A stretch of DNA of 33,037 nucleotides from Bacteroidota bacterium (GTDB taxonomy: Bacteria > Bacteroidota > Ignavibacteria > Kapaibacteriales > UBA2268), in the NCBI GenBank assembly GCA_035451765.1, contig DAOTPH010000001.1:1-33037 (forward strand), given 5' to 3'. The stretch's first letter is position 1, and each line of letters starts with the position of its first letter. Positions 1 through 8,960 of this stretch are shown in pieces. The notes under the pieces were generated by a model that was not told the DNA's origin, searched no databases, and worked only from the letters and a program-made list of their open reading frames with translations. A program made the position numbers and the translations under genes.

Positions 1-2201
1 AAGAATTAGAAATCGCAAATGTCAATTTAACAGAGGCAATTTCCAAAAAAAATGAAATCGAAAAATCATCTGATAAATTAAAAAATGAAGAATTAGAAAA
101 GAAAAGTATTTTAAATACATTACAAAATGAGAAGAATTTTCTTGAAAATATTGCCATTAATGATGAAACGACAAAATTTTTACTGAAAAATCAAAATTGG
201 CTTGCAAACACAGAGAAAATATTATTTGGGGAGGTTTTATCTGTTGATGAAAAATATAAAAAAGCAGTAAATTCTATATTGCGCGAGTATTTATCGTATT
301 TTTTAATTAAGAATCCTGAGGAAGCATTAAATGCAATCGAAATTTTAAAAAATTCTAAACAAGGGAAAGCGGGATTTATTATTCTTGATGAAAGTACAAA
401 TAATCAGAACAATCTAGAATTGCCAAAGGGGAATGGAATAATTGGCAGACTTTCGGATTTAATTCAAACAAAAGATGAGTATCGTCATCTAATCGAACGT
501 TTTTTTGGCTCTACATTGTTAATTGAAAATATTCAAGATGCAAACAAAATTCTCGACCATTATGACATCGAGCATGTTGTTACAATCGATGGTATTGTAA
601 TTAGTAGAAATAATATAATATATGGAGGTGGCAATGGTGAAGAAAAAAATTCATTATTGCTTGGAAGGAGGAACAGAATTCAAGAATTAGATAAAAAAAT
701 TTCCCAAGTTACTTATGATATTAATCAGATACAAATAGAATTAAAAGAGCAACAGACAATTTTATCAGAATTAAATATCTCTGAAATTGAAAAAAATGTT
801 ACTAATTTAAATAGAAAACTAAATGATATTGAGAAAGAGAAAATCCAAATAGAGAATAAAATACAGAACGAAAAAAATTCATTTTCTCAAATTGATGAAA
901 ATATTCAAAATTATCAAAAGGAAATTGAAGGACTAATTCAAGAAATAGAAAACTCAGAAGAAAATTTTCAATCACACACACAAAAAATTGAAGAATTATC
1001 AGAAAATCTTGAAGATGAAAAAAGCAAATATTCTGATTTACGAGAAGAATTTGATGAATTAAATTCCGCAATTAAACAAAAGGAAATATCGCTGGCACGT
1101 TTGCAGAGCGATATAAAGCATTCTGAAAGTGAATTGGAATCAATTGAAAAATCAATAAAAAATACAGAGTATTTTATTGAAAGCAAACAAAAAGAGATTG
1201 CTAATAATCGCCAAACGAAACAAATGCTGAATGACAAACTTACCAAAGCAATAAAAGAAAAAGAAAATTTAGTTGAATCCCTTGAGCAAATTCGCATTAA
1301 ACATGACCAGATTGCTCAGCAACGGCAAAATTTACGACAACAAATGGACCAATATGAGGAAAGTCTCGAAAATTTGCGCAAGACAGAGCAAAATCAAATT
1401 ACTCAATTGCACAATGTGGAATTAGAAATTGCAAATATTCAATCTCGCATTGAAAATATTAAAACGCTTGCTCGCGAGCAATATCAATTGGATTTTGATA
1501 ACGTTAGCCTCAATTATTTCAAAACCGTCGAGCAAGATTTCAATATTGAATCCGCAAAAAGTTCAATCGCTTCATTAAAAGAAAAGATTGCGTCATTAGG
1601 GAATGTAAATTTTCAAGCATTGGAAGACTATGAAGAGCAAAAGCAGCGGCTTGATTTCTTAATTAATCAAAAAACTGATTTAGAAAATTCACAAGAGACG
1701 TTAAATGAGACAATTAATGAAATAAATAATATTGCAGAGGAGCGATTTAGAACGACTTTTGAAAATGTTAGACGAAATTTTACAAAGCTATTTAAAGATA
1801 TTTTTGGACAAGAAAGCGAAGCAGATCTATATTTGGAGGGCGATAATTTATTAGAATCAGATGTATCAGTAATTGCGAAACCACCTTTTAAAAAGCCCAG
1901 TTCTATTGATTTGCTATCTGCGGGAGAAAAGACATTGACCGCCATTGCTTTACTATTTGCAATCTATCTTGAGAAGCCAAGCCCATTTTGTATCCTTGAT
2001 GAAGTCGATGCACCACTTGATGATACAAATATTGATAAATTCATAAATTTATTGAAAAAATTCAGTATTGAAAGGGACATTCAGTTTATTATTATTACAC
2101 ATAATAAAAGAACAATGGAAGCGGCTGATACTTTATATGGTATGACAATGGAGGAAGAAGGCGTCACAAAAATTGTTAGCGTGCATTTGGAGAAGACTTA
2201 A
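1..2201 (+). CDS. smc: Chromosome segregation protein SMC, C-terminal ~730 aa (5' end lies outside the window)
   Basis: Reading the frame whose codons start at nt 3, I find no stop before TAA 2199-2201. The track's TTG start at 279 is therefore internal. Hinge-like segment (GEVLSVDEKYKKAVNSIL...GKAGFIILDE), then a long heptad-rich E/K/Q coiled coil. C-terminal ABC head has signature LSAGEKTLTAIALLFAI and Walker B FCILDEVDAPLD. Confidence 0.9.
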   Translation, partial: ELEIANVNLTEAISKKNEIEKSSDKLKNEELEKKSILNTLQNEKNFLENIAINDETTKFLLKNQNWLANTEKILFGEVLSVDEKYKKAVNSILREYLSYFLIKNPEEALNAIEILKNSKQGKAGFIILDESTNNQNNLELPKGNGIIGRLSDLIQTKDEYRHLIERFFGSTLLIENIQDANKILDHYDIEHVVTIDGIVISRNNIIYGGGNGEEKNSLLLGRRNRIQELDKKISQVTYDINQIQIELKEQQTILSELNISEIEKNVTNLNRKLNDIEKEKIQIENKIQNEKNSFSQIDENIQNYQKEIEGLIQEIENSEENFQSHTQKIEELSENLEDEKSKYSDLREEFDELNSAIKQKEISLARLQSDIKHSESELESIEKSIKNTEYFIESKQKEIANNRQTKQMLNDKLTKAIKEKENLVESLEQIRIKHDQIAQQRQNLRQQMDQYEESLENLRKTEQNQITQLHNVELEIANIQSRIENIKTLAREQYQLDFDNVSLNYFKTVEQDFNIESAKSSIASLKEKIASLGNVNFQALEDYEEQKQRLDFLINQKTDLENSQETLNETINEINNIAEERFRTTFENVRRNFTKLFKDIFGQESEADLYLEGDNLLESDVSVIAKPPFKKPSSIDLLSAGEKTLTAIALLFAIYLEKPSPFCILDEVDAPLDDTNIDKFINLLKKFSIERDIQFIIITHNKRTMEAADTLYGMTMEEEGVTKIVSVHLEKT

Positions 2202-3438
2202 GCAAAAAAGACGCATCTCCATAACTCAAGAAGCGATAATCATTTGCAAGTGCTTCATTATATATTTTTTTAAACAAATCTCTACCACTAAAAGCTGCTA
2301 CAAGCAAAAGCAATGTGCTTTTTGGAAGATGGAAATTTGTTATCAATCCATCGCAAGTTCTATATTTATAACCTGGAACTATAAATAATTGAGTATCCCC
2401 TATTATTTGATTGATATTTTTATTTTCAATATAATTTAATAAAGAATGCAAACTTTCCAAAAAAGTAATATCAGCACCGTTCTGTAAGCTTACCCATTCC
2501 CACTGTGCAAAATTGAAATCATTTAATTTTTTCAAATATGCTTTTACTCCAAACCAGTAAAGAGTTTCGAGAGTGCGAACGGTAGTCGTACCTGTATGAA
2601 TAATATAGCCTTGTCTATTTTCAAGAAAATTAATTAATTGTTTAATAAATTCTTTAGAAATTATTATTTGTTCATAATGCATATTATGCTCTATAACATT
2701 ATCAGATTTTAAAGGTGAAAAAGTGCCAGAACCAATATGCAAAGTTATTTCCGCAAATTCAATACCTTTTTGTTTTAAGGATTGAATAATTTCTGGAGTA
2801 AAATGGAAACCTGCTGTAGGTGCCGCAACTGAACCTATAACCTCGCTAAAAACAGTTTGATAACGTTTTTTATCTAAATCAATGGGCTTACGATGAATAT
2901 AAGGAGGAAGTGGAATCTGACCAATTTTTTCAAGAATATCGGCAAAAGAAAGTTCCTGCGGTTGCCAAGAAAATTCAATATCGCGCTTGCCTTGATTTAT
3001 TGCTAATATTTTTGCAAATAAATTTATTCCTAAGTCATTATTTTGTAAAGTTAATATTACACCTGGATTTATATTTTTGCCACGAACTGTGCAGGTCCAA
3101 ATTTGTGGAGAAGGATTATATAACATTGATTGAGGAACAGCATAAACATCAATAGGATGCTCCAATAGTATTTCAACCTTGCCACCTGTAGGTTTATGCA
3201 AAAAGAAGCGAGCGGGGAATACTTTTGTAATATTTCTTATTAGAATTGAATTTTCGGGAATTAACTTATCGATTTCTTTGAAAATATAATGTTCAATTCT
3301 CCCTTTTGTAATATCGCAAAATAGCAATTTGCTTTCTTCCCTATTTTCTAAAGGGAATTGAGCAATACGCTCTGGTGGCAAATAATAATTATAATCTTCA
3401 ATATTTATATTGAGATCAATTGGAAACTCATTTTCCAT
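2176..3438 (-). CDS. queA: S-adenosylmethionine:tRNA ribosyltransferase-isomerase (queuosine biosynthesis)
   Basis: Family motifs present: YNYYLPPERIAQFPLENREESKLL, AAPTAGFHFT, ITLHIGSGTFSP, TNFHLPKSTLLLLVAAF, YRFLSYGDA. I place the start at ATG 3438-3436 (second M of the track ORF; the track's first codon is TTG 3441). This ATG overlaps the metG TGA stop by 1 nt (TGATG). Confidence 0.9.
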   Translation of the reverse strand: MENEFPIDLNINIEDYNYYLPPERIAQFPLENREESKLLFCDITKGRIEHYIFKEIDKLIPENSILIRNITKVFPARFFLHKPTGGKVEILLEHPIDVYAVPQSMLYNPSPQIWTCTVRGKNINPGVILTLQNNDLGINLFAKILAINQGKRDIEFSWQPQELSFADILEKIGQIPLPPYIHRKPIDLDKKRYQTVFSEVIGSVAAPTAGFHFTPEIIQSLKQKGIEFAEITLHIGSGTFSPLKSDNVIEHNMHYEQIIISKEFIKQLINFLENRQGYIIHTGTTTVRTLETLYWFGVKAYLKKLNDFNFAQWEWVSLQNGADITFLESLHSLLNYIENKNINQIIGDTQLFIVPGYKYRTCDGLITNFHLPKSTLLLLVAAFSGRDLFKKIYNEALANDYRFLSYGDASFLLKSSPNAR

Positions 3439-5645
3439 CAACTAACATCAGCTCCTGAGGGAAATGAAGTATCAATTGGAGAAATCAACGATAATTTGCC
3501 ATCAGGTGTTTTTGCAGCAAGCAACATACCTTCCGATGTTTGACCAAATAATTTAGTCGGTTGCAAATTTGCCACAACAACAATATTTTTCCCTATTAAT
3601 TCATTTGGTTCATAATATTTAGCAATACCTGCAACAATTTGACGCCGTTCAGCTCCGATTTCAATTTGCAATTTAACTAATTTGTCAGAGCCTTCAATTT
3701 TTTCAGCATTTATTATTTTTGCTGTTCTCAGGTGAATTTTCCGAAATTCATCAATGGAAATTAAATTGCTTGGTTCAGGTTTCTTATTATTTTGTTGGTT
3801 AAGAGAAATGCCAAGTTTCTCAATTTGCTTTGCAATGATTTTATCTTCTATAATCGGGAACAAAACATTCAATTTATTAAGTGGATTTCCCTCGGCAATA
3901 TTTGGATATTTGGAAAGATCCCAATAATTTTGAAGAATTTCGCCATTTGTATTATTTCCTATCTGAATTTTTTTAATATTTAAAGCTTGTTGCATCTTCA
4001 TTGATGACGAAGGAATTACAGGCGCAAAAAGAATTGAAAGGTTATATATCATTTGAACGCAAGAGTAAAGTGTTTTTGCTGCATAATCGGGGTCAGTTTT
4101 AATTGTTTTCCAGGGTGCTTCATCATTAAAAAATTTATTTGATGCACGAGCAATATTCATTATTTCAAAGAATGCATCTTTGATTCGGAATTTACTAAGA
4201 AAATATTTAGATTTTTCAATTCCGTACCATAATGATTGGATTAATAAAATATCATTTTGAGAAAAGAGATTAGAAAAATCATTAGGCAATTTTGCATTTT
4301 CTATATCATTTGAAAAATTGGTATTTAAATATTCAATAGCTTTCGTCCATTCTTTGGGGAAATCCGCTAATTTTCCAGAAAGATTGGGAGTTTGCTGATT
4401 GAAATTATTCAAAACAAATTGTATTGTGCGATTAACAAAATTTCCAAGAATTGCAGCCAATTCGCTATTATTTCTCAATTGAAAATCGCGCCAAGTAAAA
4501 TCGCTATCGTGAGTTTCAGGCAAATTCATAAGCAAAGTATATCGCAATGCATCAATTGAGGAATCATCGGGAAAATCTCGAAGGAAATCAATTAAATCGA
4601 TGCTCCAATTACGCGATTTCGAAAATTTTTGGCCTTCAAGATTGAGAAATTCATTTGCGGGAACATTTTTCGGCAAAATATAGTCGCCCCTTGCGTGCAA
4701 CATTGCAGGAAAAATCAAAGTATGAAAAATTATATTATCCTTTCCAATAAAGGCATAATAATCCGTTTCGGGGTTTTTCCACCAATCAACATAGCGGTTT
4801 TCATCACCATAATAATTGCGAGCCCAAATTTGAGTGCCTGAAATATAACCGAGAACTGCATCAAACCAAACGTAAAGCACTTTGCCTGCAGCTTTTTCTT
4901 TATCAATTCCTGGAATATCATCAATTTTAACACCCCAATCAATATCTCGTGTTATAGCGCGTTCGGCTAAGCCTTGATTTAACCAACTTCTACATTGTTG
5001 AAGCACATTTTGTTTCCAATCATCAGAATGTGATTCTATATAATTTTGGAGAAAATCCTGAAATTCTTGAAATTTGAAGTACCAATGTGTTGTAGGTTTA
5101 ATTGATGGCGTTTCATTAGTAATAATACTTTTAGGATTAATCAGTTCGGTTTGATTATAATAAGCGCCGCAATTATCGCATTGGTCGCCACGGGCTTTGT
5201 CATACCCACAATTAGGACAGGTGCCTTCCACATATCTATCGGGAAGAAACATTTTTGCTTTTTCATCATAAAATTGTTCTTCTTCTTTTTCTACCAAATA
5301 ATTATGCTGCAAATAAAAAGCAAAAAATTCCTTTGCTAATTTATGATGTTCAGGATAAGATGTCCGCGAATAAAAGTCAAAGGACATTTTAAATTTTTCA
5401 AACGCATCTTTATTAGCAAAATGATATTGGTCAATGATTTCCTGGGGGGTTTTGCCTTCTTTCTCGGCAGATATTGTAATAGCAACTCCATGCTCATCTG
5501 AACCGCAAATATAAAGGACGGAATTGCCTGAAAGCCTTGAATATCGCGCAAAAATATCAGCGGGAAGATAAGCCCCGGAGAGATGCCCTAGATGAAGGTA
5601 CCCATTTGCATAAGGAAGTGCTGAAGTAATGAGAGTCTTTTTCAT
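3438..5645 (-). CDS. metG: Methionyl-tRNA synthetase with C-terminal tRNA-binding (Trbp111/EMAP-like) domain
   Basis: HIGH motif (YLHLGHLSG), KMSKS motif (KFSKSRN) and zinc knuckle CPNCGYDKARGDQCDNCG. C-terminal ~100 aa resemble an OB-fold tRNA-binding domain (LRTAKIINAEKIEGSDKLVKLQIEIG...). AAGG Shine-Dalgarno lies 8 nt before ATG 5645. Confidence 0.95.
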   Translation of the reverse strand: MKKTLITSALPYANGYLHLGHLSGAYLPADIFARYSRLSGNSVLYICGSDEHGVAITISAEKEGKTPQEIIDQYHFANKDAFEKFKMSFDFYSRTSYPEHHKLAKEFFAFYLQHNYLVEKEEEQFYDEKAKMFLPDRYVEGTCPNCGYDKARGDQCDNCGAYYNQTELINPKSIITNETPSIKPTTHWYFKFQEFQDFLQNYIESHSDDWKQNVLQQCRSWLNQGLAERAITRDIDWGVKIDDIPGIDKEKAAGKVLYVWFDAVLGYISGTQIWARNYYGDENRYVDWWKNPETDYYAFIGKDNIIFHTLIFPAMLHARGDYILPKNVPANEFLNLEGQKFSKSRNWSIDLIDFLRDFPDDSSIDALRYTLLMNLPETHDSDFTWRDFQLRNNSELAAILGNFVNRTIQFVLNNFNQQTPNLSGKLADFPKEWTKAIEYLNTNFSNDIENAKLPNDFSNLFSQNDILLIQSLWYGIEKSKYFLSKFRIKDAFFEIMNIARASNKFFNDEAPWKTIKTDPDYAAKTLYSCVQMIYNLSILFAPVIPSSSMKMQQALNIKKIQIGNNTNGEILQNYWDLSKYPNIAEGNPLNKLNVLFPIIEDKIIAKQIEKLGISLNQQNNKKPEPSNLISIDEFRKIHLRTAKIINAEKIEGSDKLVKLQIEIGAERRQIVAGIAKYYEPNELIGKNIVVVANLQPTKLFGQTSEGMLLAAKTPDGKLSLISPIDTSFPSGADVS

Positions 5646-5677
5646 TAATTGCCTTAGTTGGGAAATTAGATAATATA

Positions 5678-5699
5678 AAATTTCAAAATTAAAAAATTT
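5678..5699 (-). promoter_or_regulatory. Candidate promoter element for metG-queA. Minus-strand reading is AAATTTTTTAATTTTGAAATTT, containing TAATTTTG (5691-5684).
   Basis: The octamer fits the Bacteroides-type -7 consensus TAnnTTTG exactly and sits 38 nt upstream of the metG ATG. The whole 22-mer recurs identically at 25774-25795 upstream of another minus-strand gene. I found no convincing -33 TTTG at proper spacing. Confidence 0.35.
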
Positions 5700-5770
5700 T
5701 CAAAAAACTCACTTTATTATATAAATATTTTGTAATTTTACAAAGCAGCAAAAGAAGAAATTCGTAATTT

Positions 5771-8700
5771 ATGTTTTTATATTTATCAAAAGTGAAACAT
5801 AAGAAATTATATTCAAATAAGTTGAAAAAATACTTAATAATCGCAATACTGGGTTTATTCTTTTCAAATTATAATGGATATAGCCAAATATATTTATATA
5901 ATATTGAATATGGCACAGATACTTATAATAAATCGCAACAATTATTTGATGAACAATTGTTAAGAGAATCTGAGCTAAAGGTGCTTGATGCAATAAATAA
6001 ATTTCCTGATAATCCTGCATTTGGGAAAAGTGAATTATTGCGAGCAAAAATTGACTTAATTTCAGGTAATTATGAAGTATCGCTCAACACATTACAGCAA
6101 TTTATTGAGAAACATCCAAACTCGCCATTAGTTCCCGAAGCAAATTTGCAAATTGCATATATTTATTTAGAACAAGGCAAATATCCCGACGCTCAAAAAG
6201 CTTTCGATAAATCGATTGTATCTATCGAGAATGATATATTGAGGCGAACTAATTATGAATATTTAAAAAACTTAGAAGAAGATGCAACATATTGGAAAGC
6301 AATTGCAACATATCAGCAAGGGCGATATTTAGAAGCAATACCTATTTTTCAAGAACTTGCGCAAAAACATCCTCAAAGCAAATATGCTGACGATGCATTG
6401 TTTGGTGTGGGGATGATTTATGAGCGTAATAGACAATATGATAGCGCTATAATTCAATTTAATTTAATTGAGAATAACTATCCGTATTCAAATTCGGTGC
6501 TTGCATCTTATATACGTTCAGCTAATAATAATATAGTGCAACGCAAAGCCACACGTGCTTTTTTCGATTTGGAATATGCTTCAAATATTTATAATCATAT
6601 TCAGACAAAAGATTCACTGGGATTACTTTATGAGCAACAATCTTATGTTCAAGCACCATTTGAAGAAATAAATTATTTGCGTGGTGAGGCTTATAATGTT
6701 GTTGGGAATTATACGGAAGCTAAATCTACATTCAAAGCATTTTTGGAATCTTACACCGTTGAGCATCTTCGATTATATTTTGTTTTAGGATTAGGGTGGG
6801 CATCGCTAAATTTAGAGCAATATGATGAGGCATTGCAATATTATGAGCAAGTAATTTCCGAGGCAGAAGAATCTGAAAAGAATATTCGATATTTAGCAGA
6901 ACTTTATCGAGCAATAACATTAGAAAAATCGGGTCAAATTGATGATGCACAAAGGGAACTTGCAAACCTTGCATCGCGCGCTGATTTTCCTTATTCGGGT
7001 GTTGCTTTGCTGGAACTTGCACAAATCAATTATGAAGCAGAAAATTATAATGATGCAAAGAAAAATTTAATTCGTGCTAAACGGGAGGAAAATTCCGGAA
7101 GAATAGCTGCACGAATTCATTTGTTGCTGGGAGCAACGTACTTACAATTAGGAAATTATAGTGATGCACTTGATGAATATGATAAGGCAAATATAATCGT
7201 ATCAAATTCTGACCCTGTATTGCTTCCTGAAAAAAAATATTATGAAAGTGAAATATTATTTAAAAAGTCTATATGTTTAATTCAAACGCATCGCTATGCA
7301 GAAGCAATTTCAAATTTGAACAATTTTATCGGTGCTCATCCAAAAGATGCACGAATTCCTGAAGCTTTATTTTGGCTTGCAGAAAGTTATTATAGAACAG
7401 ATTTGTTAAAAAATGCCCAGAAAACTTATAATCAGTTGATGATTAATTATCCAAATTTCAGGCGTGAAGATGTACTTTATGGATTGGGTTGGTCATATTT
7501 TAGAGATAGGAATTTCAAAGGTTCAAGCGATATATTTTCAATGCTTGCACAAGAATTTCCAAAGTCGAAATATGCTGTTGAAGTTTTAACACGACAAGGA
7601 GATGGATATTATTTACAAAAGGATTATTTGCAAGCTGCAAATTTTTATTCTCAAGCAGCGAAGTTATCCCCAAAAAGCGATGAAGGACAGTATTCTGCAT
7701 ATCAATTATGCCACGCATTATATCGCAGCGGAAAATATGAAGATGCAATTACAGCATTGTTAAATTTTGTGGGAAATTATCCAAATTCGCAATATGCACC
7801 AAACGCAATATATTTAATTGGATGGATAAAATTCAATCAAAAACAATATGTGGATGCAATCAATAATTATTCATATTTAATTGATGCATATCCACAGAGC
7901 AGCCTTGTTCCTAGAGCATATTATGCAATTGGAGATGCGTATTATAATCAAGGAAATTTTTACCAGGCAATAGCATATTACAAAAAAGTTGTTGAATTAT
8001 TCCCAAGCAATACTTTAGCCCCTGAAGCTCTAAAAAGTATGCAATATTGTTATACAGCACTCGGAAAAGAAGACGAAGCAATTGCTATTGCTGAACAATA
8101 TATCCAATCAAATCCAAATTCACCCTACATCGAAGAATTCGCATTCAAAAAAGGTGAGATGTTTTATACGGGGAAAAAATATCAAGATGCCATAACTGAA
8201 TATGAAAAATTCATAGCGGACCACCCTGGAAGCGATAAAGATCCTGAGGCACTGTATTGGATGGGCAAAAGTTATCAGAATCTAAATGAAAAAGATAAAG
8301 CAATTAAGGTATTTAGTGATTTATTTAAAAAATATCCAAAAAGCGAATTTGCAGCTCAAGGGCTTATAGAATTGGCGACAATACTTGAAGAAAAAACATT
8401 TTTGCAATCCGCCGATTCGGTTTATACAATTATAAGCCAAAATTTTGATTCGACTGATTATGATGCACAAGCAATATTTCAGCGTGCGAGTATTGCAGCA
8501 CAAATGAATGATACATTAAAAAGCATTGATTTATATAAAACTGTTGCTCAAAAATATCCAACTTCTATATATGGGCTGAATGCCCGATATAGAATTGCGA
8601 TGTATTATCGTAGTAATTCTATGAATGACGAAGCTCGAAAGGAATTTGAAGTACTTTCGAGTATTTCAACAGATAATGACCTTACAGCGGAAGCATTATA

Positions 8701-8956
8701 TAGAATCGGTGAGCTATGGATGCGTGATCAAAATTGGGATAAAGCAATAGAAACATTTACGATTGTCAAGGATAAATATACAAATGTTGAAGTATGGTTT
8801 CCATTATCATTATTGAACTTAGGCGAAGCTTATGAAAAGAAAGGGCAAAATGATCTTGCTATTGATATATATAAAGCATTGACAGCAATCAATCCCGACG
8901 ACGACTATGGCAGAACAGCTAGAAATCGGCTAAAAAATCTTACAAAAACAAGGTGA
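5771..8956 (+). CDS. Secreted giant TPR protein built from YbgF/CpoB-BamD-type repeats (1061 aa)
   Basis: N-terminal hydrophobic signal-like segment (YLIIAILGLFFSNYNGYSQ). By hand I count about 14 repeats carrying the signature aromatic-P-x-S...P-E-A, for example KHPNSPLVPEA, KHPQSKYADDA, NYPNSQYAPNA, AYPQSSLVPRA, LFPSNTLAPEA, KYPKSEFAAQG, KYPTSIYGLNA. Confidence 0.75.
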   Translation: MFLYLSKVKHKKLYSNKLKKYLIIAILGLFFSNYNGYSQIYLYNIEYGTDTYNKSQQLFDEQLLRESELKVLDAINKFPDNPAFGKSELLRAKIDLISGNYEVSLNTLQQFIEKHPNSPLVPEANLQIAYIYLEQGKYPDAQKAFDKSIVSIENDILRRTNYEYLKNLEEDATYWKAIATYQQGRYLEAIPIFQELAQKHPQSKYADDALFGVGMIYERNRQYDSAIIQFNLIENNYPYSNSVLASYIRSANNNIVQRKATRAFFDLEYASNIYNHIQTKDSLGLLYEQQSYVQAPFEEINYLRGEAYNVVGNYTEAKSTFKAFLESYTVEHLRLYFVLGLGWASLNLEQYDEALQYYEQVISEAEESEKNIRYLAELYRAITLEKSGQIDDAQRELANLASRADFPYSGVALLELAQINYEAENYNDAKKNLIRAKREENSGRIAARIHLLLGATYLQLGNYSDALDEYDKANIIVSNSDPVLLPEKKYYESEILFKKSICLIQTHRYAEAISNLNNFIGAHPKDARIPEALFWLAESYYRTDLLKNAQKTYNQLMINYPNFRREDVLYGLGWSYFRDRNFKGSSDIFSMLAQEFPKSKYAVEVLTRQGDGYYLQKDYLQAANFYSQAAKLSPKSDEGQYSAYQLCHALYRSGKYEDAITALLNFVGNYPNSQYAPNAIYLIGWIKFNQKQYVDAINNYSYLIDAYPQSSLVPRAYYAIGDAYYNQGNFYQAIAYYKKVVELFPSNTLAPEALKSMQYCYTALGKEDEAIAIAEQYIQSNPNSPYIEEFAFKKGEMFYTGKKYQDAITEYEKFIADHPGSDKDPEALYWMGKSYQNLNEKDKAIKVFSDLFKKYPKSEFAAQGLIELATILEEKTFLQSADSVYTIISQNFDSTDYDAQAIFQRASIAAQMNDTLKSIDLYKTVAQKYPTSIYGLNARYRIAMYYRSNSMNDEARKEFEVLSSISTDNDLTAEALYRIGELWMRDQNWDKAIETFTIVKDKYTNVEVWFPLSLLNLGEAYEKKGQNDLAIDIYKALTAINPDDDYGRTARNRLKNLTKTR

Positions 8957-8960
8957 GGAA

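Noticed and set aside
802-1297. Minus-strand ORFs 802-1071 and 968-1297 inside smc
   Set aside because: They are antisense to a well-supported coiled-coil coding region. Their low-complexity F/S/L-rich translations are the mirror image of E/K/Q-rich codons, and they have no motifs.
2173-2388. 71-aa plus-strand ORF after smc
   Set aside because: It lies entirely within queA on the opposite strand, and its sequence is not protein-like.
5771-8956. Possibility that the giant TPR protein is a T9SS PorW/SprE-type lipoprotein
   Set aside because: It has no lipobox cysteine after the signal-like segment. No other T9SS or gliding genes are in the window. The repeat signature fits the YbgF/BamD type better. 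I cannot exclude this without profile searches.
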